Shown piece by piece: positions 52,697 to 64,000 of a stretch of 64,000 nt of DNA (the stretch's first letter is position 1; each line of letters opens with the position of its first letter). The position numbers and the translations under genes were made by a program. The DNA is from Callorhinchus milii (taxonomy: Eukaryota), in the NCBI RefSeq assembly GCF_018977255.1, contig NW_024704742.1:79734001-79798000 (forward strand), read 5' to 3'. Under the pieces are notes generated by a model. It was not told the DNA's origin and made no database searches. It worked only from the letters and a program-made list of their open reading frames with translations.

Positions 52697-53741
52697 CTGG
52701 GAAGAACAAAACAAATCACAATACCAATCATGTTACAATTGTTAATGTTATTGTCATGTTACAATCACACAACCTCGTGAGGCACATCTGCAGAAATTAG
52801 CTAAGGAAAGCTTTGTTCGTTTGTCCATTCTTCTAATGTATCCCATTTCTAGTGCTATTACTTTCAACTTCATGTGCACAAGTAAATGTATCGAAATATA
52901 CAAATTGAAGGAGAAAAGAATGCAGAACATATAGTAGGTCTAAAATTATCACTGCAGAGAAAGAGAACATGTAATAATATTTTGACCTTCATAAATAAAT
53001 GACTGTACTGGGGAGTATGCCCAAATTTAAGGCAGTTTTCATTGGTAAAACAAAGCAGGTAAAACTGGATTGGTATAACTGGATTCTGTATTTGTTATGT
53101 GGCATTCTGCATTTGAAAAGAAAACTATTATTTCTACCAAAGTTAGAATGGTTTCTAATCCAGATTTACTTAATATCAGAAATACAGTAAATTATTTTGC
53201 ATGTTCAGTTAGTGATCCCTTAAAAATCACAGAACTGAATGTAATGGAGCTTGTCAGTCCAGTCCCTGATACTGATGGCTCAAAATTACCCTTAATTTCA
53301 CTCAAAGAGACCTGAAAGATATGGAATTGTCACTGATACAATAGGGCCCGAACACTGGATTCATTTTAAGATGCTGTAATGGGAAGATGGCAGAGTTAAT
53401 ATTCCGGAAATTGAGACAAATGGGTCAAAGAGACTTCTTCACCCAAATCTCTTATATGATCATGAGGTGAAAGTGGAGGGGAGTGTGGGGTGGGAATGCA
53501 GCATATTGCTGAGGAAAGTAGGATCTTTACTCTGCACTTGGCTGTCCTCTGACTGAATTTGGAGTGCTGGTAGCACAACGAGGAAATACAGCACCTCCTC
53601 ACATTGAACATAAAAACAATTTACAGTTATATAGCGGCTTTCATATCGGGATGATGTCCTTGAAGCACTTCACACGGCTAAAGTGCTTCATTGAGCATTT
53701 GACAAAATGCACTGAAGACAATAATATGTCATTGTACTTAC

Positions 53742-53822
53742 AAACAGGTTATCATAAACAGTTGGCCAAGTTGTATCCATACCAAAGAATCCAAGCCGAA
53801 TATATCGGGTCATTTTCCACTC
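53742..53822 (-). CDS. Exon 4, LN: EWKMTRYIRLGFFGMDTTWPTVYDNLF
   Basis: ttttgtatctttag acceptor, GTAAGT donor, 81 nt, phase 0->0; matches LN 'E(F/W).kat.IRLrF'. Confidence 0.85.
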
Positions 53823-54489
53823 CTAAAGATACAAAACCAGCAATTTCACATCACACCACAGTGTGAATACTTAAAATAGACAAAGTCAAATTTCCATTTA
53901 AGAAAAACTTGCAAATGAACAGAGGCATCTCTTGCAGTGCATCCCCACGAGAGCGATTCTGAAGGACACATATTCACAGAGTACTGTCAACTGACTTTGC
54001 AATCGCATTCACTTTGCATTGGATGCATCATAAACTCAGATAAAGGATGAGACCACACAGAGTCAAAAGGCCTTAATCGAACTCCTTGTTAAACATTGAG
54101 TGTGCAACATTGAAATGAAAGCTAAACTCAATGCATTAAAACCTGTGCAACAAACTGCATAACATAGATGTTTAAACTGATAAATTATTTTATAAAATAG
54201 GTAGTTTGAATGGCTGCAAATCTTTATGTCATTTACTTATAAAATCCCATATTTTAATGCTGTCTGAGGATTTATGAAAAAACCACTATGGTTTTGCAAA
54301 GGTGATTTGGCACCCCCTGCTGAAAAGCAGTTTCACATTTTTACCATGTATCTCCAATGTAGAGTAGGAATATCTGAGTTTATTTTTTTCAATTATCCTC
54401 TTGAATATTTCTTTCCTCTTTCCGATTACCACATTAACACACATGGAACCTGGACCTAAGCCTCTGCCATTGCTGTCCAGTTCTATTAT

Positions 54490-54815
54490 AACAAATTATA
54501 AGGGTTTTGATAGTTAATGGGGATATAATGATTTCCGCTGGTCGATGAGTCAGTGACTAGAGGGCATTAATAAGATAATTAGCAAGGGAGCGAAGGGGTA
54601 GATTAGGAGAAATTGTTTTACACAGAAAGTTGTGGAGTGCCTAGGGGAGAAATAGTTGAGGTCGAATCAATATTAGCTTTCGTAGTAGTAAGTCATTGAA
54701 GTAAAAGGAGTATTGGGTAGGGAAAAAGCATGTAAATGGGACAAAATAGATTGCTCTTTAAAAGAGCCAAAATAGACAAAATAAGATGAATGACATTTTT
54801 CTGTGCTGTAATTTC
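54490..54815 (+). mobile_element. CR1-clade LINE 3' remnant
   Basis: Degenerate 'FPLVDESVTRGH...RRNCFTQKVV'. Confidence 0.7.
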
Positions 54816-55169
54816 TAAGCTTCAGTCCTAGAATCTTACAGCACAGAAGGCAATTTGGTCCATCGTGCCAGCTGTTTGAAAGAGATATCCAAATAGTCCC
54901 ACTCCCACACTCTTTCAAATTGCAAATTTTCCCTTTTCAAGTATACATCCAACTCCCTTTTGAAAGTCATTATTGACTCTAGATTTTATGGCTGTATGCT
55001 CTACAAACATCCTTTTGGAAAAAAACAAATAACATTGGCATAACTCCCTCTCTGATTTGCCCTCCTTCTCTTGACTCCATCCACGCCTTCAACAAAAACA
55101 TTACATTTGTATAGCAACTTTCACGTCGGGAGGACATCCCAAGGCGCTGGTTTCATTACATCAGCACAC

Positions 55170-55755
55170 TTTCTCTACCTCCAGACTTGACTATGCTAAC
55201 TTCCTGCTCAGCAAACTTCCGAACTCTTCTCTCTACAAGATTATTCTAAACTCTGCAGCTCCCACATTAACCTTTGTGAGCCAATCACCCCCTTCCTTGT
55301 CTGGTTTCACTGATTCCCCATCCCCAGAGGATCAAGTTCAAGTTCCTTGTCTTCATCTTGAAAGCCCTCCATGATCTTGTTCCTCTCGACCTCTACGACC
55401 TATTAGAGCTTCAAAAATCTGTCCACTCCCTCCCCTCTGCAGGCACTGGCCTGCTCCACATCTCCTGCCCTGCCTGCTCCACTCTCAGCAGTTCAACCAT
55501 CAGTCTTTCTGTATCCACTCTCTGGAATTCCATCCTGGAGCCCCTCCATCTCACCCTCTCGCCTAACTCTTTCAAGGCCATCTTAAAACCTTCCTTTTTA
55601 ACCGTGCCTTCGAATATCTTTTCTACTCCACACCCCCTTTGCCTGTCATCCCTCTCTGATCCCATCCCACTCAGGTGCAAATCCCTCATTGTCCAGCACC
55701 TTGGGACATCCTTTTGATGTGAAAGGCTCCATATAAATTCAATTTGTCTTGTTTA
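55170..55755 (+). mobile_element. L2-clade LINE 3' fragment
   Basis: 'KALHDLVP...TLWNSI...SFKAILK'. Confidence 0.88.
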
Positions 55756-56981
55756 GGAGAAGCACTTGGTTTTGGGGATAGTCACTCCTTCCAGTGATCT
55801 GAATTGAATTATTACTTTGTACAGAGTGGTTGGCATAAAACCAGCATTAGATTCCTCCCATACACAGAATTAGATCCTGAGCTCATACCACCACTATCAG
55901 TTATTGGTTGATTAAAGCATGGAGCTGGTATAAGTTTTTGATCTGCTTCAGTGGTGCTCTCCTGCTGGTATAACACTGCCAAGGTGAACTGAATATAAGA
56001 ATATGATTTAAACACCAATTTGGTCTCATGTACTTTGCAGTTCTCCATTAATGGCTGTAATATGCATACCTGCCAGTTCTGTACTGAAGTAGATGACCTG
56101 AGACTGATTGTATCACACTTTAATCACCTCCTGCCTGATTGCAGCTCAGAACCAGCACTGACACAAGCAAACTGGGGTCCAATATGCAGTGATTTCAAAA
56201 GGAATTTCAAAATCAGGAGTTATAATAATAATAATCCTTACATTTTTATAGCACTTCATAATAATAAACCTTGCATTTGATATAGCGCCTTATTATGTTT
56301 GGAGGATGTCTTAAAATGATTCACAAGGCTTAGGATAAAGTGGACAGACTGGGTATGTTACAGACAAACACAGCAGCCAATTTGCATACAAGAATATTTC
56401 TACAAACAGCCATGAAGTGAATGATCAATTTATTTGGGGAATTGTGGGCCAAGTCACCTGGAGAAACTCCCTGCAGGTAAGTCGAAATATGACACTCATT
56501 CAACACCAGCCCATGGAAATCCAACTCCAAATGTCGATTGGATCAGAACTCTCAGAGTATGGCACAAGGTATTCGTGGTTTTCTTATTAAGGAATTCCAT
56601 TCAAAATCTTCAAATAATAGACCTAAATGGCTGAGACTCTTCAGTGTATTTATAGCACCTTGTACAACATTCTCCTTTTCAGCAAGTTCCCACTCAATGA
56701 ATAAACTGCACAACACACACTGAACATATATTCTGATAAGAACAGATATTTACACAGATGACAATCAGTGGATGACTCCCATTACTGTGTGCAATTGGCT
56801 ACTGCATTTTGCCCACAAAATATACAGTCAATTCACTTTACAGTATATATTATGAAGCACTTTGAGATGCCTCAAAGATGTGATAAGGCGTTTTATCAAA
56901 TGCAAAGATTATTTTTATTAATTTTGCATGACACTGTTATCCATTTAATACAATGATCATAAAAAATAAACAATTCCTTAC

Positions 56982-57017
56982 TTTTCCCAGGGCTTCTTCA
57001 TTAACATCAAGTTTTAT
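56982..57017 (-). CDS. Exon 3 (36-nt micro-exon), LN: IKLDVNEEALGK
   Basis: cttctctattgcag acceptor, GTAAGG donor, phase 0->0; fills the gap between flanking LN exons. Confidence 0.7.
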
Positions 57018-57499
57018 CTGCAATAGAGAAGGCTACATGATAAAATTGTTTCCATTATCCATTCATAGCATTATTGACATTTTCACATTCATTCCTTTTT
57101 TTTCTTCTTAGTCATATAACTGAACCAATTTGATCCAAAGTGAAAGAGGCATGATTTTCAGAGCACCAAAGAGGATCCAAAGTAGTTGACAAGTTTGATT
57201 CATCAAATCCTATTTCTCCTCTAAAGCATGAAAACGGATCTGAATATATGAGATCAAGAAGGCATGAACATATTCATACTTTACACTGAAACTTTAAAAG
57301 TACATGAAAAAAAAGTGAAATGTGTTTATTTACATTTTATTCAATGAGGAAATACAATATTCTTCAACAATTCTAGTTAAATCATATGCAATTATAGCTT
57401 CACGTGCATTTATTTTAGTCGTGCACTGAACCATAAAAGAAACTACTTAGACTATTCTAAATATTGAAAACTAACTCATACTTGCCCCTATCCTACTCA

Positions 57500-58050
57500 C
57501 TTTGTGATATNAAAAAAACACTGTATAGCACATAGTCAAATCTAACTTCAGCATGTGCTTTCAAAAAAATAATTGTTCTGGTCACCATAACATAAAGAGC
57601 CTACCTAGGGCCTGGAGGTAATGCAGAGGAGAGCAACTAGGGTGATCCCCAGTGTTAGAGAAATGAGCTATAAATATTGATTAGAGAAGCTCTTCAGTCT
57701 TGAAATGACACAAACCAGAGGGGATCTTATAGAGGTATATAATATTAGAAATAAGATTGAAGAAGTAAACGCAGAACAATGCTTTAGGATGCATCAAGAT
57801 AGTAGAAAAGAGGGCCTAGATTTAGAGTTGCAAATAGCAATTCCAGGACAGGTACCAGGAAGTTTTTCTTGACTCAACAGGTAATCAACTTTGGAACTAT
57901 TTAACACATAGGGTAGTTGAGCCCAAGACTCTGGACTTGTTTGAAAAACAGCTTGATGCTGTGATGGGAAGAAGGTAGGGAGGGTATTCTAGACGGATGA
58001 GATTACATGGGCTCAAGGACCTTCTTCATCTAAACCAATCTGTTGATTTT
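57500..58050 (+). mobile_element. CR1-clade LINE 3' fragment
   Basis: 'LE..QRRATRVIP...RGDLIEVY...KFFLTQQVI...FEKQLDAVM'. Confidence 0.8.
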
Positions 58051-59249
58051 GTTAATATAAATTCAGACTATCCAAATGGATTCTGTTTACAAATGGCCTG
58101 GATGTACAGCTGAAGATCTTTCAGTCAACTACTTTTTAATGTTATTATTGAAGCAGATGCATGACCAATTATATGCTCTTTATAGACAAGACAAGCCCCC
58201 ACATCTGGTCCCTCGTTGGGAGGAATGTTGAGTGGTGGTGGAAGAGGGCACACAAATGGGGTTCGATTAAGATCATCTAATCTAAGGGATTCTGAACTCT
58301 CCTCCTCCCTCCCCAAACTCTGAAATACTTAAAGACTTGGGTCTTTGCATTTTTGGGCTCTTAATCAGTTTGTGTTGCATGGGACTGGCAACTTAATAAA
58401 TTGAGCATTCTCTTATCACAAGTAGAAGGTGTTAATTGTTATCCAGGGCTCTCAATCCTGATAAACTCAACTGGATGAGGCTCATCAGTTTCAATCCTTA
58501 ACTCTAGATGGAGTTCTGTAATACAGCATTGCATCGATGATGGTTAAGATGAAATCATTGGGCACAATGCCTTCCCCTCTTTGTCCGTGTTAAATTGAAG
58601 GGATGTAAGGCTCATCCAAGCTTTGATGTCTGACAGGCAGGTGGTCAGAACATCAGTCGACGTGGGTATTGAGTGCAGCTGGGATCATCTGGAGGAGTCA
58701 GTTTAATGGTGGAGGACACTCAAAGCAACAGCAGTGTACAGCGGCTGCATACAAGAAAGTAACTTTGAGGTGTTGCATTATACCAAAGGAAGCAAAGCTT
58801 CACAATTTGCTTCACATATCAAAGCCCACAGGAACCCAGGAGAAAAAGACATGAAACAAGCTAGTCTGAAACATTGCATTCAATAACTTGATTGCCTGTT
58901 TAATCCTCACAGAGGGGAGCAGAGTGAGACAAGAGAGAAAGAAAAACTGTGAAAAAATTAGGCAGAAATGAAGTCATTTATTTGTATGGTTGAATAAACA
59001 TTTGTTCATTCCCCACAATCATTGGCAGCAAAATTTCATGGTAATAGCTCAGGACTGTGTAAATGACTTCCAATAGTGAATGGCTAGGCAATGTGACGGG
59101 TGATTGCAGACTGCAAATCTTGTAGTTATTTTCAGTATCCTATTCTCTGAAAATTGTGGAGCATTTAAGCAGTGAGGGGCTCCCACAAAAGCTTTTAAAT
59201 TAAGTATTATTGGTGCAAATGTAATGACTGAGCACACCACAATGTTAAA

Positions 59250-60072
59250 CACTGCACTGTCCAGTTACCTGGTATTGCGTCAGCACCTCAGGCTCTGGCA
59301 GCATCAACCTCCATGGTTGCACACTACAAGCCAGTCAGGAACCTAGGTGTCTTGTTCGACCCTCAACTGTCTTTTCTCCCCCACATTCAAACCATGACCC
59401 GCTCTGCCTTCCCTCACCTCCGTAACATCACCCGACTCCGCCACTACCTCACCCCTCAGGCCACTGAAACTCTTGTTCATGCCTTCGTCACCTCCAGGCT
59501 CGACTATGCAAATGCCCTGCTTGTCAGCCTTCCCAACTCCTCCCTCCACAGGCTGCAGATAATCCAGAACTCTGCAGCCCGCGTCCTCTCTCGCACCAAA
59601 CTCCATGACCCCATCTCCCACACCCTCGCCCGATCCTGTTGGCTCCCTATCCTTCAGAGGATCCAGTTCAAGATCCTGGTCCTCACATACAAAGCCCTCC
59701 ATGGCCTCGCACCACCCTTCCTCTGTGACCTCCTAACACCCTACAAACCCGCCCGTTCCCTCCGCTCAGCCGGCTCTGGTCTGCTCCACGTCCCCCGACC
59801 CACCCGACCCACCATTGGCGGGAGAGTCTTCAGCCTCTCTGCCCTCAACCTCTGGAATTCCATCCCCCAGTCACTCCGCCTTGCCCCCTCCTTGGCCTTC
59901 GTCAAGTCCTGCCTCAAGACCCTCCTCCTTGACCATGCCATTGAACACCCCACTTACCCTCCCCTCCCTCCCCCCCCGACCCCAGCTCGGGTCTGAAATG
60001 CTGTACTCTGTCCAGGCCTTGGGATGTCCTCCTGACGTGAAAGGCACTATACAAATGTAATCTTGTTGTTGG
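59250..60072 (+). mobile_element. L2-clade LINE 3' fragment with an open 227-codon ORF2 C-terminus
   Basis: 'VRNLGVLFDPQLSF...ETLVHAFVTSRLDYANALL...LWNSIPQSLR'; (TTG)n tail. Confidence 0.95.
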
Positions 60073-60262
60073 TATAGTTGGCAATGGCACTCAAAGTTGA
60101 TTTCTCATCAGACTAAGTGGCTTTTAACTAATTACCATAATCCACTCAATAATTGTAGTTGCAGGAGGCCATATGTTCTGAAGCCTTGGCTGCAGTTTTG
60201 CCACAAAGGCTCAAAATAAAAGCGATTCATCACACTTCAGGGGCTTGTGAGGATCTTCTTAC

Positions 60263-60389
60263 CGTGATGTTTGATTCCACTGGAGATTCAGTGAAGCGAA
60301 ATGCCCTACAGGAGAAGGTTGTGGTGTTCTGAGCTGTAAGACCATAGGAAACGTTGAAAAGACGCCTGCAGTGACTTCTCTCAGATACT
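60263..60389 (-). CDS. Exon 2, LN: (R)VSERSHCRRLFNVSYGLTAQNTTTFSCRAFRFTESPVESNIT
   Basis: ggtacag acceptor, GTAAGA donor, 127 nt, phase 2->0; carries two LN cysteines at the expected spacing. Confidence 0.85.
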
Positions 60390-61494
60390 CTGTACCAAAT
60401 CAAAAGCAGGAATATTGCAATTAATTGTTTTGTTGCGCATGATGTGCAAGGAGCAATATAAAACAATATTTACAGTGAAAATTGTGGTTCAGTCCCAAAT
60501 TTTGCATTTGTCAACAAAACACAGTCACTTCACATTACAATATATCTTGTGAAGCTTTTTGGGACGTCCTTCTGACATGAAAGGCAGAACTTCTACATCA
60601 AATTCAATTATGATAATTTTTTTTATTGTTTGAAAAGATTAAACTACAAATCTGCAATTTATTGACAATCCAAGCTGTATTTCCAAGAAGCAGAGCGAGT
60701 ATATATGTGTTGGCACATGAATTCACACAGCACAGAATAATTCACTGGACTAAATGTACAACAGTGAATGCTTGGAATTTGTAACCAAAGAAATGTTCAA
60801 ATTTTAAAATAAAGGATAGAACAAAGAGAGAAAGAGATTTATATGTGACAGTTGCAAGTATATAATGCTTACAGAAACATAGCAAAACAGGAAGAGACCA
60901 TTCAGCAGTTTATTAGATATTGGGGAGAGGATATTTTAATTCGAATGTCCTGCCATTTTATCTTACCCCAAGTCTCTGTCTATTTCTACTTTAAACAACC
61001 CTATTGATTCCACTTCTACTGCCTTCTGAGGCAGAGCTTTCTTCAGCCCTCTTATGCCATAAGTGAATTACCACAAAATCACAAGGTTTAATACGCTAAT
61101 GGTTGAAGTTGCGAATGGTTAGGCACAAGAGTGGGGTAATTATTCCACAACTCATCTTCTATTTTTAACCTTATGGTTGGGCTCTGTTACAGTGCTCAAA
61201 CTAATGCACAAATTAATAGGCCAAATGGGCCTGAATCACTTTATGTAGTATAGGTTTCTCCCCATGACCGAATGGTGCATGTTTTCTCACTTCACTACTT
61301 TTTTACAGGGGTCTGGAAGTTCTCAGAGGCTGAAGAGGTGGAAAGTATATGAAACACGAGAGATCTAAACTATCAGAGCTTGGATTGGAATCAATAGGGA
61401 TGTTTACAAGAGAAATAGACAGATACTTGGGGTAAAGTGAAATGGCAGGGCATGTTGGAAACCACCAGTGCATTTGGAATATTCTCCTGATGTG

Positions 61495-62985
61495 AACAAC
61501 AACAACTTGGATTTATATAGCGCCTTCCACGTCGGACGGCATCTCAGAGCTCTTCACAGTAACAGATCCTGGGGCCGAGGCAGGGGGAGGGTGAGGAAGG
61601 TGACCAAAGGTGCGGTCGAAAAGAAAGGTCTTCAGCCGAGACCTGAAAATAGGAAGAGAGGGGGTGAGGCGAAGGGAGTGATGAAGGGAGTTCCAAAGCC
61701 TCGGGGCATAGTGGCTGAAGGCACGGCTGCCGATGGTGGAGCGGAAGACTCGGGGGACACGGAGGAGGCCAGATCCGGTGGAGCGAAGGCAACGGGTACT
61801 GTTGTGAGGAGAAAGAAGGTCAGAGAGGTAGGGGGGTGCAGAGGAGTGGAGGGATTTGAAGACAAGAGTGAGGATCTTGAAGACGATCCTCTCTGGGACA
61901 GGCAGCCAGTGCAGTCTGCCAAGGACTGGGGTGATCGGGGAGCGGAGTTTGGTGCGGGTGAGCATGCGGGCGGCAGAGTTTTGTATGACCTGGATTTTAT
62001 GGATGGTAATGGAGGGGAGACCGGCGAGGAGGACATTTGAATAGTTCAGCCGAGAGTTGACAAAGTGGAGTCCTGTAGCTCAGTGGTTAGAGCACTCGTT
62101 TGCAAGCGAGAGACCTGGGTTCAATTCCAGGCAGAGGGCGAAACCTTGGGCAAGTTTCCTTACTCCACACGCCTGATAATAATCCCTCCAAAACCAAAAA
62201 CAATAATAAATTGGTCATCTTCAATCTACGACTGTTTGTGGGACATTGCTGTGCGCAATTGGCTGCTGCATTCGCCCACAAATATACAGTCAATTCACTT
62301 TACAGTGTGTTCTGTGAAGCACTTTGGGACATCCTCCCGACATGAAAAGCGCTATATCAAAATGCAAGGATTATCAAAAAAAAATGCAAGGATTAAAGGC
62401 ATGGACTAGGGTTTCAGTGGCGTAGATGGGCGATGCGTTGGAGGTGGAAGAAAATGGTGCTGGTGAGGGACCGGATGTGGAGGAGGAAGGATAATTGGGA
62501 GTCGAACCTGACACCTAGGTTGCGTACGGGTTCAGAGAGTTTTAGGGGGAGGTCGGCTCGGTGGAGGAGGTGAGAACCATGTGATTTTAGACGTTGATGA
62601 GAGCCAAAGAGTATGGCGTCCGTCTTGTCAATGTTCAGCTGAAGGAAATCCACGCTCATCCAGCTCCTGAGGTCTGACAGGCAGGCTGACAGAACATCAG
62701 GGGACTGGGGGTCACAAAGTGAGGTGAAAAAATAGAGTTGGGTGTCATCCGCATACATGTGGAAGTGTACCCCATATCTGCGGATGACATCTCCAAGAGG
62801 GAGCATGTAGATCAGAAAGAGTAGAGAGCCAAGGATGGATCCTTGGGGTACTCCGCAGGTAACCGGATGAGAGTGGGAGGAGAAGCCGTTTGTGCAGATG
62901 TACTGCTGGCGGTTCGTGAGATAGGACTTGAACCAGGCGAGTGCAGTCCCACTGATGGAGGAAAGGCAGTGGAGGAGGATGACGT
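61495..62985 (-). mobile_element. L2-clade LINE fragment including the RT catalytic motif, SINE-interrupted
   Basis: 'GVPQGSILG', 'FHMYADDTQLY', then ORF2 C-terminus and (TTG)n tail. Confidence 0.95.
62065..62394 (+). mobile_element. tRNA-Ala-headed SINE inserted into L2 ORF2
   Basis: Full-length; interrupts the L2 'HAFVNSRL' codons; AAA on both flanks; duplicated tail. Confidence 0.93.
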
Positions 62986-63884
62986 GATCAACTGAAAGGC
63001 GCTATACAAATGTAATTTGTTGTTGTTGTATTTTAGGTCCCTTTCTCAGTTGTAACATTCATGAAGTAGGAAGTGGCCTCATTGCTTGTGGATTATAGCT
63101 ATAGTAGATAGCCTTAGTTAGTAGGATTTTAGATACTCTGAGATATTCTCGCTAAGTGTGGGGAGAGAATATGCCTCCAGCACATTTGATCCGCTCAGTA
63201 CTAATTAACTGCATGAAAATTAATAACTGCATTTCCAACATGAACCAGGGGTGTTACAATGTAAATTACATAAGTGTATACCTCATAGATAAGATCAGTT
63301 TTAAGATCAGTTTTTAAGGTTTCCCCAATAAATATCTTTATTTGGTGAAAACCGATTGGTAAAAGCAGAATATAGAGAATATTCTTGGGGCCTTAAGTGC
63401 ATAACATGGCCCCAAAATATTTGCTTTTATTACTAGTGATCAAAAAGTGAAGGACTCTGTTTGGCATTGTGTGGTGGTATTCTCTGACAATCTTTAGCAT
63501 GAACAGAATATGTCAATTTTTATTTTTGGTCAGCTGGATGTCTGACACATGCGGAAATCTATCACCATGCTTAAGAGTATCAAACCAAACCAAACCCTGC
63601 ACTCCATCCAGAAAATATCATTCAGTGGCAGAATTTTGTTTTACAATTTTTCACCAAACCATTTTTCCCTCTATTTTTTGCCAATTTTGGCACGAAAAAT
63701 AATGTTTCACTCCACCAAACCTCCCTCCCCAAAAACAAATTATATACCCAGGATTTTATTTTATGGATAAAATAACATTATTACAGTAATCCTTAAATAT
63801 AGATCAGATTTACTGCTGGGTTATTTTTATTGTCATGGTTAGTATTTGGTTGAATACAACTTTTAGAATATTCTTTAAACTTAC

Positions 63885-63994
63885 CTATAAATCCGATTAT
63901 GGTATCTTTTCCCATCCAATGACATTTCTACAGAAAGGCTTCCTGATCTCCTGGAATCTCCAATCCCAACTATGATGGCATCGATGAAATGTTC
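63885..63994 (-). CDS. Laminin alpha-like exon 1 (numbered within window), LN domain: EHFIDAIIVGIGDSRRSGSLSVEMSLDGKRYHNRIY
   Basis: taatag acceptor (at window edge), AG|GTAAGT donor, 110 nt, phase 0->2; resembles the LN 'SPRP..vlErS.DG..y' segment. Confidence 0.8.
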
Positions 63995-64000
63995 CTATTA

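Larger units (their letters stand above)
422..63994 (-). other. Multi-exon gene (partial, both ends outside window): divergent laminin alpha3B/alpha5-like chain
   Basis: 25 exons with GT/AG boundaries and mutually consistent phases encode LN, LE repeats, LF, L4 and the CDxC coiled-coil start. One 1-nt frameshift near 15686. Confidence 0.92.

Noticed and set aside
58125..58580. Protein-like text (PFVCPLPPPLNIPPNEGPDVG; ELHLELRIETDEPHPVEF)
   Set aside because: Interrupted by stops, no family recognised, and wedged between LINE fragments; needs TBLASTX to say more.
59313..59996. 227-aa ORF as a host gene or active element
   Set aside because: It is a 5'-truncated L2 ORF2 C-terminus lacking the endonuclease and RT core.
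1..64000. Prokaryotic-type systems (CRISPR arrays, operons, defence islands)
   Set aside because: The sequence is spliceosomal-intron vertebrate DNA with no regularly spaced repeat-spacer array.

Overview
This is vertebrate genomic DNA; the SINE/LINE/Penelope repeat content suggests a cartilaginous fish, possibly a chimaera (inference). The whole window lies inside one minus-strand gene. I reconstructed 25 GT-AG coding exons by hand (4241 nt, about 1414 codons); their intron phases chain consistently from 63994 down to 422. They encode a very divergent laminin alpha chain of the alpha3B/alpha5 type: end of LN, 5 LE, a short (~195 aa) LF domain, 4 LE plus a split LE, L4, 6 LE, then the start of the coiled coil. 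The gene's 5' and 3' ends lie outside the window. Notable points: (i) a compact domain architecture matching no canonical vertebrate alpha chain I know; (ii) the PLENGE polymerisation motif is replaced by PVESNI; (iii) a single 1-nt frameshift in exon 15593-15701; (iv) a TATA box plus signal-peptide-like candidate first exon in the intron just downstream of that frameshift. Introns carry L2 and CR1 LINE fragments, tRNA-Ala-headed Deu-type SINEs, a Penelope-type inverted repeat with a minimal hammerhead motif, a near-perfect 38-bp hairpin and a MITE-like repeat. Most ORFs in the supplied track are spurious or repeat-derived. Repeat boundaries are approximate.
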